A DNA stretch of 64,000 nt from Eledone cirrhosa (lineage: Eukaryota), in contig OZ024740.1 of NCBI GenBank assembly GCA_964016885.1, forward strand, positions 270,878,001 through 270,942,000, in the 5' to 3' direction. The position numbers and the translations under genes are program-made. The notes beneath the pieces were generated by a model. It was not told where the DNA came from and ran no database searches. It saw only the letters and a list, made by a program, of their open reading frames with translations. Below are positions 30,712 to 44,520 of the stretch, in pieces; positions within the stretch are counted from its first letter, which is position 1; each line of letters opens with the position of its first letter.

Positions 30712-31471
30712 CTTAATGAAACATAAAAATAAAACAAACTCGTTGAACATAGGACCACAGTATATTTTAGTTATGTAATCAATTATAAATTAATGATACA
30801 TGTGAATGGGGAATGAATAATTGAATGCATCTCATTGAAAATTCATTGAAAATACCCTAATTGGATGGCATGTAAATATTGGTTTATTGGAATATCATTA
30901 AGCTGCTAGTTTAGTTCTTCTAATATAGTACAAATTGGCTCCAGGGAACTCATCCTTCTCTAAGAGATAGTCATGTACTATTGGAACTCAACACTTTTGG
31001 CTAATAAAACACTCTTCATACCTCTATAGTTCTTCTATTGTGATGATATATGTAATCCAGACTTGCCAACCTCTAAAATCCCAAACGGGGATTACCATGA
31101 AAAAAAGTGCCCCAAAACGGGGAGAAATGAGGCAAAAATGAAAGCTATACCCATTTTCACAAGAGAAGACATCTATCACCCACCCCAAAGTGGGTGGGAA
31201 ATCTCCCGACGGACGGGGAGAGTTGACAGGTGTGATAATCATAGCACCCTATTTACGGGTACTAAGCTATTTTAAATTGGAAGGTCTTGCCTGATAGAAA
31301 ACATCAATGAAGATATATGAAAAAGTAAGATACATTTTCCTGGCCAGAAACTCAACAGTAGTTGAAATTAGAATGTGTGCAGTGTATTTCCAATCGCAAT
31401 TTCCTTGTGCAGTACGGAGAAAGATAAGTCAATGTAAGAGAAATGTTCATTTCAATCTAACTTTAATTTAC

Positions 31472-31700
31472 CTGTACATGTTTGTGTATGTAATTTGTCT
31501 TGAATTTTCTTGAGGTCATTAAAATTCCCTACGGTTGAAACCATATCTGGGGTAGAGGCGATAAATTTCAGTTCGTTTTGGTCGACACCTCCTCCAATTC
31601 CAATAGAAAATACTTGTATATTTGTTTTGTGGATAAGATCTGCCTCGTGTTTGGTTAATAGTTTGTTGCCTGATCGTCCGTCTGTTACAACTACAAGAAC
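31472..31700 (-). CDS. Exon 3: VWA domain 1, C-terminal part (VVVTDGRS...VFSIGIG)
   Basis: tttacag acceptor, G|gtaaat donor, 229 nt, phase 0->1. Confidence 0.93.
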
Positions 31701-31832
31701 CTGTAAATTAAATGAATAATAAAATTGCTCAATATATTTGCTAGAAATAATATATTTTTTATAGATTTTAAATACTTCTAATGAATATTTAACTGTTATT
31801 GTCATGATGCATTACAATATTGCACATTAGTG

Positions 31833-32750
31833 GTATTTTATTTTATCAACTCCGTAAATACGAATGGTAAAGCTAACCCTGGCGGGATTTGAACTCAGAA
31901 CGTAAAGGGACATAACTATATGCTGCAAAGCCTGTTGTTTGTCGCAACACCGATACTGCCAATCACCGTGCTAAGCATAATAATTGTTTCTTATATAGGC
32001 AAAAGGCCATCAATTTTGGGGGAGGGGAAAGTCGATTAAATCGACCCCAGTGCGTGACTGGTACTTTATTTTATCGACCCCGTATGGATGCGAGGCAAAG
32101 TTAACCTCGGCGGGATTTGAACTTAGATTATAAAGGGACATAACTATATGCTGAAAAGCATGTTGTCTGTCACTATACCGATACTTCCAATCACCTTGCT
32201 TGCCATAGTCATAAAAATGAATGTAATATTGATGTTTATATTGGCATATGACATTGTATGGGGGAGTGTGAAACACGGCTGAATTCGTGCTTGTACATGT
32301 CTGTACTCTGTTTTATGACCTAGGAATCATGGAAAACAAAGTCGATGTTTGTGACTTTTGAGCTCAAAATAATAATGATCTTTACGGAAAAGGCGCATGA
32401 AATTGCGAAAGGTATAGATATTTTCTCGCCCACTCTTCTAATCCGGTCATCCATTGTTCTTCATTTAGTAATAATATTAATGACGAAACTACGAACAACT
32501 AAAGAATAAAGGTCCATGTGATCATCCATAAGATTTAAACTCAGAATGTAAACAGAGAGGAACAAATAATTGTTTCTATTTTAGGCACAAGGCCAGCAAT
32601 TACCCAGTACATTACTGGTACTTTATTTTATCGACCCCGTAAGGATGAAAGTCAAAGTTAACCTCGGCGGGATTTGAACTCAGATCATAAAGGGACGTAA
32701 CTCTATGCTTCAAAGCATGGTGTCCGACTCTCTACCGATACTGCCAATCC
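31833..32750 (-). mobile_element. Cluster of three SINE copies in intron 2
   Basis: Copies at about 31833-31968, 31978-32194 and 32565-32750; the last has TSD AGAGAGGAACAAATAAT. Confidence 0.8.
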
Positions 32751-32882
32751 AAGAGAGGAACAAATAATGTAGAACATTTAGTTGATTGAGAATTGCTAAT
32801 CAAATATGTAAAAGATTTACGCTTACGATTAATGCAGTATGAACAAAAACTGTTTGAATTGCCGATCAGTTGAATTACCTAC

Positions 32883-33220
32883 CTGAGTAACATTTTTACG
32901 TCCTCCATTTTGTGAAGTAAAACCTTTAGTTCGAGCAAATGCCAAAGCTTTGTCGGTGGAAGTCCCTCCACCATGAAATGGGATAGCATTAATAGCATTT
33001 TTAAGAGCCTGTTTGTTATATATTTGGTTAAGCTTAATCTTTGGCATAACCATACTATCAAATGATGTTACTCCAACTTGAACTCCTTTTGGACCAATAT
33101 TAAAGCTGTCTACGAAACTGCTCGCAAATTGAAGAATTGTCTTGAAATTTGGTTGACGAACGCTTCCGGAAGTATCCAACAAAAACAGCAAATCGATGGG
33201 GTTATCTTTACAATCCATAA
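32883..33220 (-). CDS. Exon 2: VWA domain 1, N-terminal part (MIDAS DTSGS)
   Basis: tttcgcag acceptor, CAG|gtaggt donor, 338 nt, phase 1->0; DLLFLLDTSGSV...GGGTST. Confidence 0.93.
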
Positions 33221-33298
33221 CTGCGAAAAAGAAAGAACATTTATTGTAAAATATGCCCACACGCATACACACGCACGCACACACACACACGCAAAGAT

Positions 33299-33352
<54 letters not shown>

Positions 33353-33729
33353 GTTCTACGGGACTGGAGTTTCACCTGCGCACACACAGGATCGTCAGAC
33401 AAGGATATATGTATATATATATATATATTGTACGCACATGACAGGCAAGGAAAGCCATACATTGTTCCCTTCCCCGACGTACCACTTTCTCCTCGGAAAC
33501 CCCCCTGTTGATGGATGTGAAATCCGAAATGTAGGGACCAATAAATCGCTTCCAAGATAACTATATCTCTTGTTTTCTTTTTACGTCTTTTTTTCGTTCT
33601 GTTAAGTTCTTTGCGTCCCTTTCTGCTCTTCTTCCTACTTCTCTCTCTCTCATACTACTACCTGACTTTGTTACCCGGATATTTACCGATCTGCATTGCA
33701 GAGGCTTCCAAAATGACCATTATGTATAT

Positions 33730-33764
<35 letters not shown>

Positions 33765-33843
33765 GTGAAAAATGGAACGGGAACAAAACAGAGAGGCAGT
33801 ACAAACAACGGTTTATTAGTTTCCCGCTCTTGGGAGTGGGGGG

Positions 33844-33876
33844 ACGACGTTTCGGGCATAAGCCCTTCTTCAGGCG
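33844..33876 (-). ncRNA. Minimal PLE-type hammerhead motif at the 5' truncation of a small repeat
   Basis: CTGAAGA-A-GGGC(ttat)GCCC-GAAACGTC; only 2 bp of stem I remain. Confidence 0.6.
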
Positions 33877-34775
33877 AAATATATATATATATCGACCGTC
33901 GATCGACTTTCGTCAAATCGGACCAAGGAAACAATGTTTCCATTGGTCTTTCCAATTACTAATATTATCTATCGGTCACAACTCCAGGTAGAAGGAGCAA
34001 CGTGAAATAAAGTGTCTTGCCCAAGAACACACCTCACGATTGCGAATCCAATTCTCTAACCACTCGACCGAATAACCCGCACCTTGTTGCGCTCCACACA
34101 AATTTTTTTTTTTTTTTTTTTGGTAAGAAAATGATGATTGATTTTAAATCAGTGATATAATTTATGGAGAAAAACTCTGCATTTCAATATTACTCAATGT
34201 AAAATGTAATGCATGAAAAATTGGAAAACATTATTTTTTGTAATATATCAAATCAAAATGACATTATTAAATCTTATTCTTATTTTGTTTTCTTGTAAAT
34301 AAATTTTTTCAAAATATCAATTCAAAACTTTTGTGTATAGCATCATATCTTGTCATTTACCTATGGTTTAAATTCATATAAATCGATGGGACAAATCTTT
34401 CAGTGGGGTTTTGTGCCCTCGGAAACTCTTTGATTAAAATGAAATATACTTATCCAAGTACCCTGGGCAATGTAATTTCAGAATATATATGGTTATAGGT
34501 GTCTATCTACAAAACCATAGGAGCAGTTCGTAAACAAACAAACAGACAGAAACTACACGTTTATATATAGATATGGTCGTTTCTATGGCTTTGCGGATAA
34601 TGGTTTAACCATTGTCTCAGTGTGTTTTGCCTTTTAACGTACGTTGTTGCTCTAGTTCACTCGTGTCTATGGAGCGCTTGCCACACATCTCGGAAGTTGT
34701 TTTTCGCTAATTTCCAATAGCCGAAATGCGATTCTCGCTAATTTATATTTGTATATATATATATATATATATATA

Positions 34776-35567
34776 TCCAAAATTAAGTTAAATTAAGGGT
34801 GTCAGGTCAGATAGACATGCGCCATATCACCCGTAAAATATGCTCCAAGATTCCAATGAATAGATCCGAGCATTTTGTATCAACTAGAAATTGATTGACA
34901 TATAAATATATCTAAAATAAACATATGAAACAATCACAGGGGATAATTTGTAAAAGTGTGTAAGCACACACAGCTATGTAGGTAACTAAATAAAGTTTAA
35001 CTAGAACTTCAAAAACAGATACCTTATAAATTGATTAATCTTCCTTGTATATATTCCATTAAAGAAATATATTTCACTAATTAATCGATTGGTAAACGAC
35101 AGTAGCCAGATCCTGGATTTTCAACAAGGAAGAGGACTAACCATCTGTGTTTACGCATCAAATTCAAATCAGCGACTGGCCAGTATCATGTGCTCTATTT
35201 ACTAAAAATACACACATCGTACCAACTTCGTCCCAGTGGCGTGAATAGGGTTATAGACAACTAGAAATAGCAGTCAAGTCCTTTCAACTGAGTTGATTAA
35301 GGGGCCGTATTTATATATATCCAAAATTAAGTTAAATTAAGGGTGTCATGTCAGATAGACATGCGCCATATCACCCGTAAAATATGCTCCAAGATTCCAA
35401 TGAATAGATCCGAGCATTTTATATCAACTAGAAATTGATTGACATATAAATATATCTAAAATAAACATATGAAACAATCACAGGGGATAATTTGTAAAAG
35501 TGTGTAAACACACACAGCTATATAGGTAACTAAATAAAGTTTAACTAGAACTTCAAAAATAGATACC
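34776..35567. repeat. Partial tandem repeat (about 250-bp direct repeat, about 543-bp period) followed by a short inverted segment
   Basis: 34776-35024 matches 35319-35567; 35568-35600 is inverted relative to the repeat. Confidence 0.8.
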
Positions 35568-37136
35568 TATCAATTTCTAGTTTATATAAAATGCTCGGAT
35601 GCTTGGTGTCGCCAAAGGCGAAAACGTGTTTTTTTAATTTTTGAAAATTTGAAAGAAAAAAAAAATCGATAAATGCCCACCGCCCACCTGAGTATATTCA
35701 CCACCCCCAACTCCTCTAATGAAATAAAATCTCCCAGTGGCCCCCTTTCAACAAAACAGCACCCACGTAGGGAAACACTGTTCTAGACAAATTAACTAAA
35801 ATTGAAAACCTTTGATAACAAAGTATTACACTAAAACTATCCTCATAAATACTTAGGTGTTAATGAATCTGGGAAAATACAAGGCACAAAAACGAACGAA
35901 AAGTTAGAATTTAGAAATATGCTAGGAATAAGATAAAACATATATCTATTCTAACTTTGCTTATTATCGACTACAGTTTCAATGTTAAACAATGTTAAAT
36001 GAATTGAAGGGCTTTTAGAGACGACAATAGAAAACTACTAACAGCATTCCGAAGCCACTACAACAATATATTTACTATGTACACGCGGAGAATGGGATCT
36101 GATACAAGTAGAAAACTACTTCAAAATAAGATAAGTGGGTGGAATTAGAAAAGTACTTAGAAGCAAGACAACATTGTTATAAGGAAACATGACAAATGTT
36201 AATATATATATAAACAGTTCTAGCCACGTAGAAGCCATATAGGAGGTGAGTTTTATTGTAGCACGATAAAGCAATGCAAGTATAGGATAAGTAGCACTCT
36301 ACAGTTTGTAGGACTGGAGTATAAATAATATAAGATCAAAAGATGGTTCCAAGTATTTTATTATGCGCATTTCAAAAACAAATATCATCATGAGATGATA
36401 TCTGCGTTTTCATCAGATAAAATAGGGATACATGATATGAAGGTTAAAAAACACTTGTGAATAGTGAAGTTTTAAATCAACATATGAAAAATAATTTAAG
36501 ATTGATGTGTGATATTGGGAAAAAGTGAGGGGGGTGGAAAGGGTAAGGAAGAGGAGGAGATGAGAGTAAAGAATGGTGTGGGAGGAGTATAAGAAGGAAG
36601 GATGAGAGAGGAGGAGAGAGAGAGATAGCCTTTACAACTGAGAAAAATATATATTGTCTCACAGAGAGAAGTTAAAAAGCCGTTGGAAGATAATAGATAA
36701 TTTTAAAGAATTTGAAATTAAAAGTTGATGCAGAGAAAAAGGGGTTAAGAATAATATTAAATTAAGGTTTGTATATTGAAGGGTTTATTAATATGTGCGA
36801 GGAAAAGAAATTGTTTATATGTATTATTAAAATTAAAATATTAATGTTATTAAGGATATAATGTGAAAAGAAGTAGAAGAGTGAATGAGTTATGAATTTA
36901 GAGGAATTAGTTAGTGTTTAAGTTTGTTTTCATGTATTGTAATATGTAAAAGCCAAACGAGCATGAAAGGAAGAGATAAGGAACTTAAGGAAGAAATATC
37001 TAACGTCAAAAAATGTTTATGTTTACGAAGGACTATTAAAGGTAATACTATAATGTATTTAAAAGAAAATACATTATAGTATTACCTTTAATAGTCCTTC
37101 GTAAACATAAACATTTGTATATATATATATATATAT

Positions 37137-38358
37137 AACGAAGGAAATGTGGTAAGGAACCAGGTGGACCATAACGAAACCAAAGTACTCAATACTTAGG
37201 GTAGTAGAGTGGGTAATAGGAACCAGTAAGACCCCGACGGCTGAGCTCAAGCCGTTTCGACGGCTAATTCTGGACTAAATGAAAATTTATCCTGGTATTT
37301 AAATAGCCGAGCTTCTCAAGGGGTAATTCCATATATGGTCAAAGTGATTGTCAAAAGTTAGTAGTAATTCTGTGATGGCAAATTAGTGGGGGAGATGGTG
37401 GCTAAACCTGCCAGTAGGAGAAAAAGGGGAGGGGGTGGAGTAGACCCAATCATGCGTTGGTAGTGCCGGCTACAGCTGGGCATGAGGTCAAAGAAGATAC
37501 TGGGGAGGGGGACGGGGAGGAAGTCGACACGGTAGGTAGAACAATGAGGGGTAAAAATATATATATGAAAGAAAAAATACTGAGAGTGATGAAAAGCGAA
37601 TAAGTGTAAAGAAAAAAGAATATATAGGCAAGTTCTACGACCTAAGTCTCTAGCTATTGTTAGGCTAGAAAAATAAATAAAGAAAGAAAGAAAGAGATAA
37701 AGAAATAAATAAAGAAATAACGAAATAAGTAAATAAACTACGTGGTAGTTTCTTTAGTATTTTGGCCCCATTTGTTGACCCGTCACCGTATGATTTACGT
37801 ATTTATACCTCTTAAAAGGGTCATTCCTATTCCGTCCCACCTAGTTTATTTACTTATTCGTTATTTCTTTATTTCTTTATCTCTTTCTTCTTTCTTTATT
37901 TATTTTTCTAGCCTAACAATAGCTAGAGACTTAGGTCGTAGAACTTGCCTATATATTCTTTTTTCTTTACACTTATTCGCTTTTCATCACTCTCAGTATT
38001 TTTTCTTTCATATATATATTTTTACCCCTCATTGTTCTACCTACCGTTTCGACTTCCTCCCCTCCCCCACCCCAGTATCTTCTTTTTTGACCTCATGCCC
38101 AGCTGTAGCCGGCACTACCAACGCATGATTGGGTTTACTCCACCCCCTCCCCTCTTTCTCCTACTGGCAGGTTTAGCCACCATCTCCCCCACTAATTTGC
38201 CATCACAGAATTACTACTAACTTTTGACAATCACTTTGACAATATATGGAATTACCCCTTGAGAAGCTCGGCTATTTAAATACCAGGATAAATTTTCATT
38301 TAGTCCAGAATTAGCCGTCGAAACGGCTTGAGCTCAGCCGTCGGGGTCTTACTGGTTC

Positions 38359-38360
<2 letters not shown>
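37137..38360. repeat. Large fold-back element with about 520-bp inverted arms in a (TA)n site
   Basis: About 37217-37740 is the reverse complement of about 37840-38361; terminal segment shared with 19248, 46237 and 51808. Confidence 0.9.
38254..38347 (+). ncRNA. Hammerhead ribozyme, U3:A8 core variant (mirror copy 37231-37324 on -)
   Basis: ACCCC-TTGAGAA-G..CGGCTA...TAGCCG.C-GAAA-CGGCT(loop)AGCCG-TC-GGGGT. Confidence 0.78.
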
Positions 38361-38392
<32 letters not shown>

Positions 38393-38405
38393 TTATATAC
38401 ATATT

Positions 38406-38459
<54 letters not shown>

Positions 38460-38708
38460 CATATATATATATATACATATAGACATATATATATATACAT
38501 ATTATATATATACATATAGACATATATATATATATACATATTATATATATACATATAGACATATATATATATATACATATTATATATATACATATAGACA
38601 TATATATATATATACATATTATATATATACATATAGACATATATATATATATACATATTATATATATACATATAGACATATATATATACATATTATATAT
38701 ATACATAT

Positions 38709-38768
<60 letters not shown>

Positions 38769-38849
38769 CATATATATATATACATATTATATATATACAT
38801 ACACACACATATATATATACATATATATATATACATATTATATATATAC

Positions 38850-38897
<48 letters not shown>

Positions 38898-38919
38898 GTA
38901 TATATATATATACATATAC

Positions 38920-39238
38920 ATTGGCTCCCTACCTTTTTATCATCGTAGTGGGCTATTGTATGCGCCTTGCACTGGAGAAACAGCAGGACTCTGGCTTTAC
39001 TGTAGCACCGGCTCAGAGCAGGAGAGTTAAGGCGAAAAAGGTATCAGATGCTGAATTTGCCGACGACATAGTTTTGGTGACAAATACAGTGAAGGGGCAG
39101 ATATGCAGGAGGTTGAGACTATGTCGATGAGTGTGGGGCTGAGAATGAATGAGACTAAAACAAAATATCTGTTAGAGAATGTTGAGAAGCCAGAGGTGAT
39201 CACTAATGTAGGCGGGAAACCGCTAGAATTGGTTGAGA
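38920..39238 (+). mobile_element. Internal fragment of the same RTE family
   Basis: Near-identical to about 6912-7237 (LAPYLF...FADD...). Confidence 0.88.
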
Positions 39239-40180
39239 CCAGCAAGAGGCAGGCCACCTACCATTACCTCAATGGCCAAGAAAACCCACACAGATAGATG
39301 GAACGGGTGGACCAGAGCCATACGGACCCCCGAAAACCACTATGAACTAAAGAGAATGATTGCACATGCGGTGGGGGCCAGCATAAAATTAACCCTTAAG
39401 GAACATATGTTCAAATTTAATGGAAAAACATATGCCCAAGAGGAGGGAGCAGCCATTGGTGTTAGCATTGCAGGCGACATAGCTAACCTATTCATGGTAT
39501 GGTGGGACAGTAGACTTAAACTTAAACTTAAAGAACAATTAGATGACCCCTTAACCCTGATAATGTACTCGCGCTACGTTGATGATATAAACATCGTAGT
39601 TAAAACACCCCCACTAGAAAACAGTCAGGAATTAGAGAAAAACACAATGGAAAGCATCCAGCAAATTGCTAACTCCATCCACCAGAGTATTAGAGTTACT
39701 ATAGACTACCCAAGCAAACACCCCAACCATCAATTACCTGTACTAGACACAGAGCTCTGGTTAGATAACATTAATAACAAAAAAACAAATCCTCCATTCC
39801 CATTATGCCAAACCCATGACTTCCAAATATCTGATCCACCGAAACTCAGCTGTTTCGGACCATACCAAAATCAACATACTGATTGCGGATTTGGTACGGG
39901 TGATGAGAAACGTGTCCCGCATGTGCAGCCCTGAAGAACTAGAGAGACACATACAACACTTCATCCACCGTATGCAGTTCTCTGGTTACAATCAGAGAGA
40001 TAAAATCAGAGTGTATAGAGGAGCCAGAAACAATGGGAAAAAATGGTAAATAATGACACAAATGGGACCTGCCCCTTGTATAGGAGCAAATTTTGGAATA
40101 GAATAGAAAGAACTAGAAATAAGGCTAATAGAATAATCTCATGGTATGATAGCAATAAATGACAGAGTGTAATGTTCCTA
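39239..40180 (+). mobile_element. Penelope-like element RT fragment, frameshifted
   Basis: FKFNGKTYAQEEGAAIG, YSRYVDD and LPVLD motifs; homologous to 57094. Confidence 0.85.
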
Positions 40181-40310
40181 GAGGTGAATTAGCTTACAAA
40201 TTTAGAAGGGCTCTAGATAAACATAAATTCAATATTAAGATATATATATATATATATATATATAATGTATATATATAATATATAATATATAATGTATATA
40301 TATAATATAT

Positions 40311-40354
<44 letters not shown>

Positions 40355-40382
40355 GTATATATATATATATATATATAATGTA

Positions 40383-40413
<31 letters not shown>

Positions 40414-40416
40414 ATG

Positions 40417-40449
<33 letters not shown>

Positions 40450-40454
40450 ATGTA

Positions 40455-40489
<35 letters not shown>

Positions 40490-40492
40490 ATG

Positions 40493-40525
<33 letters not shown>

Positions 40526-40528
40526 ATG

Positions 40529-40559
<31 letters not shown>

Positions 40560-40679
40560 ATGTATATATATAATGTATATATATAATGTATATATATAAT
40601 ATATATATATATAATATATATATATATAATATATATATATATATAATATATATATATATAATATATATATATATAATAT

Positions 40680-40733
<54 letters not shown>

Positions 40734-41684
40734 ATAATATATATATAATATATATATATATAATATATATATATAATATATATATATAATATATATATAA
40801 TATATATATATTATATATATATATATAATATATATATATATATAATATATATAATATATATAATATATATATATATAAATAATATATATATATAATATGT
40901 GTACGTATATATATAATATATATGTACATAATATATATGTACGTATAGATACGTGAAAGTATACGTTGCTGACGATAGCTAATAAGCTTGAAACTAGTAC
41001 AGCCTTCTTTTGTCAGTGTTGAACAAATGAGCAACGATGGTTGCTGTACGGCTTAATTCGGTATGTTTGTTTACAAACACACCGAGCATTATAATAAATG
41101 TTGGGTGAATCAATACGTACTCATATATATATGTGCATGTATTTATATATAGAGACATACTACTCTACGTCTGTATACATATATGTATGTACGTATACAT
41201 ACTTATATTTAAGTGACAGCCGTACTAAGAGTGAGAAATGAAATTTCGTTTCATTTTTTCCTTTTATCGTTTTCGGTACCTCGGCCGATTAACTCACTCG
41301 ATATGTAAATTATGGTGCTCAGACGTTAATATGCATAAGGAAAGTGTATACTTTCAGACGTTCAATCATCTGGCAGGAAGGTATACGCTGCTGACGATAG
41401 CTAATAAGCTTGAAACTAGTACAGCGTTCCTTTTTCAGTGTTGAACAAATGAGCAACGATGGTTGCTAGACACTCTACGGCTTAATTCGGGATGTTTGTT
41501 AAGAAAACACACAGAGCATTATAAATGTTTGGTGAATCCATACGTACATATATATATATGTGTGCATGTATGTATATATATATATATACATACTACTATA
41601 CGTCTGTATACATATATCTATGAACGTATACATACTTATATTTAAGTAACAGCCGTACTAAGAGTGAGAAATTAAATTTAATAT

Positions 41685-41718
<34 letters not shown>

Positions 41719-41836
41719 ATATATATATATATAATATATATATATAATATATATATATATTTATATACAATATATATATATATATTTATATATAATATAT
41801 ATATATATAATATATATATGTATATATATAATATAT

Positions 41837-41868
<32 letters not shown>

Positions 41869-41953
41869 ATATATATATATATATATAATATATATATATA
41901 TAATATATATATAATATATAATATATATATATAATATATAATATATATATATA

Positions 41954-42007
<54 letters not shown>

Positions 42008-42124
42008 ATATATATATAATATATATATAGTATATATATATATATATATATAATATATATAATATATATATATATAATATATATATATATATAATATATA
42101 TATATATAATATATATAGTAATAA

Positions 42125-44369
42125 TAATAAATTTGAAGACTAAAATCCAAAGAGGGCTCGATAAGGATAAATATATATCAAATATATAAAAACCGTAGAG
42201 CAAATATTTATTAAAATAACAGATTAAAGTTTAAGCAAAGAATCGCTACTTTCACCCTTAACGGGATCTTCTGAAACTCAGTTTCAGAAGATCCGTTAAG
42301 GGTGAAAGAAGCGATTTCTTTGCTTAAAAGAACTCACAGCCTTCTTTAAAGGCTTCAACCTCTCTATACAGGTTGAGGCCAATCTCTCGGTCGTTAATTA
42401 CCTCGACGTTACCCTCAATTTATCGAATGGGTTGTATTACCCGTATAGAAAGCCGAATGATACGCTTAATTACATAAGTAAGCATTCCAACCATCCTGCC
42501 AGCATAACCAAGAACCTGGTAAGAAACGTTTCGTTGAGGCTTTTCCGTCTATCTACTAACGAGCAGATTTTCAACGATTTCCACTTATTACAATGAAGCT
42601 CTTGCTCGGAGTGGATTTGTCGATAAGGTAGCATATACAGAGTACGGTAATAGACCTAGAAGTAATAGATCCCGTCGCATTTGTTGGTATAACCCACCAT
42701 ATAATATGGAGGTGGCCACACCATTAGCTAAGATCTTTCTATCCCTTATTACGAAGCATTTTCCACCTACACATAAATATAGTAAAATTTTTAATAGAAA
42801 TACTATTAAAATTTCTTACTCTACGACTCCTAACCTTGCACATAACATCACAGCTTCTAATTTAGCTAAACTACCTAACCGTAGGAACACGTGCAATCCT
42901 GTAGTTAGTACTAACTGTAATTGTAGGAATTGGGTTGATTGCCCCCTTTCCGGGAAATGCCTCTCCTGTAACATTGTCTACAAATGTAAGGTTGAAACAC
43001 TCACGTCCCGTAGGGCCTACATAGGGTTAACCGTCAATAGATTCAAGCAGCGTCTTTACATGCATACCCATTCTTTTCGTTACCCTCTTAGAAGGAATAT
43101 GACGTCACTTTCAGCTTATATCTGGAGTCTAAAAGACAACCACACCCAATTTAAGTTACACTGGGAGATCCTAGCTAGGGCTAGATCGTATAACGGAAAT
43201 AAAAGGCCATGTGACCTCTGCGCCGCTGAGGCCCTGGAAATACTCTACGCCACAGACCACATCTTAAACAAAAAATCTGAGGCAATTTCGGCTTGTAAAC
43301 ATAAATTGCACAAAATGTTCCTGTATTACAGCCCCACATTATACCCTAACGGATAGTACGATCTATACGTGGATTTTTTACGTCTTGGTGTGGTAGCTAA
43401 GTATATGTTTTGTTTATACCATTACTTATTTGCATAGGTAAGTATATATTACCTGTATGTTTTGTGAAGGTACGTATACTGTCTCATACGTATATTTGAT
43501 TGATTATGTTATGGCGTATACATTTTTTTATTTTCTGGTACATATGGTTTGGTTATGTGTATACGGGAGTTTTGCGTCTGCGTGTATGCAGGTTCGTACG
43601 TATGTAGGGTGTGTGTATATGTGTACTTCATGTTATGGATGATTTACCTCTCCGACCATTTGTGTATTTACATGTAGGTATGTGGGTGCGCTTGTTATAT
43701 ACGTATTTATTTATTTATATACGTTTATTTAATTATTTATTTGTATACACGCACACACATACACACACACATATTTATATGTGCGTGGTTTTGTATACCT
43801 ATGGCAAGTGTTTTGCGTATGCTTGTGTATGTACGTATTTGAATGTGTGTATGCATTTATTTAATTTCTATTACCCCTGTATTGTATTTATTTACTTTAT
43901 TCTTAACTCTGAAGCGGAGATTCATTCGGTTTCCTAGTTAGAATTTAGTCTACGACTTCAACTATACCATTTACGTGGTTTTGTCTTTGCGTGCATTTGG
44001 TATCCACGCTCCACATATGACGTATTATCTTCGTTTTTTCCGTTCATTGCCAGAGAACGTCTCTATGAACCACCTAAGAGAACATTAGTCTACGACTTCT
44101 TTTATACCATAAACGTGGTTCTGTCTTTGCGCGTAATTGTTTTTCATCGCTCCTATTAATGACGTATTATATTCGTTTTTTTCCCGTTCTTTGCCAGGGA
44201 ACGTTTCCACGAACCAAAGTATCGTCTTCCTGTTTTCCTCCGGTTGCAACGTTTTTTGAAATATCCACTTCTGCGTTTACAGATTGACTTTGTTAGTTTC
44301 AGAAGATCCTGTTAAGGGTGAAAGCAGCGATTCTTTGCTTAAACTTTAATCTGTGATTTTAATAAATTA

Positions 44370-44370
<1 letters not shown>
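42125..44370 (+). mobile_element. Naiad-type Penelope-like element, 5'-truncated, with inverted terminal repeat at its 5' end
   Basis: YLDV, HSNHP, WYNPPY, CxCx5C (CNCRNWVDC), IVYKC...YIGLT...FKQR GIY-YIG; the 44296-44365 terminus recurs inverted at 42205-42280. Confidence 0.85.
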
Positions 44371-44400
<30 letters not shown>

Positions 44401-44520
44401 TTATTAAAATAATAGATTAAAGTTTAAGCAAAGAATCGCTGCTTTCACCCTTATTACATATATATATATTATATATATATATTACATATATATATATTAT
44501 ATATATATATATTATATATA

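Noticed and set aside
34430-34572. Possible Helitron 5' end on the minus strand (ATCTATATATAAA...)
   Set aside because: No matching 3' hairpin/CTAG end could be tied to it; too weak to call
34776-35567. Possible further HHR array
   Set aside because: It is a partial tandem repeat next to TA, but no convincing hammerhead core was found on either strand
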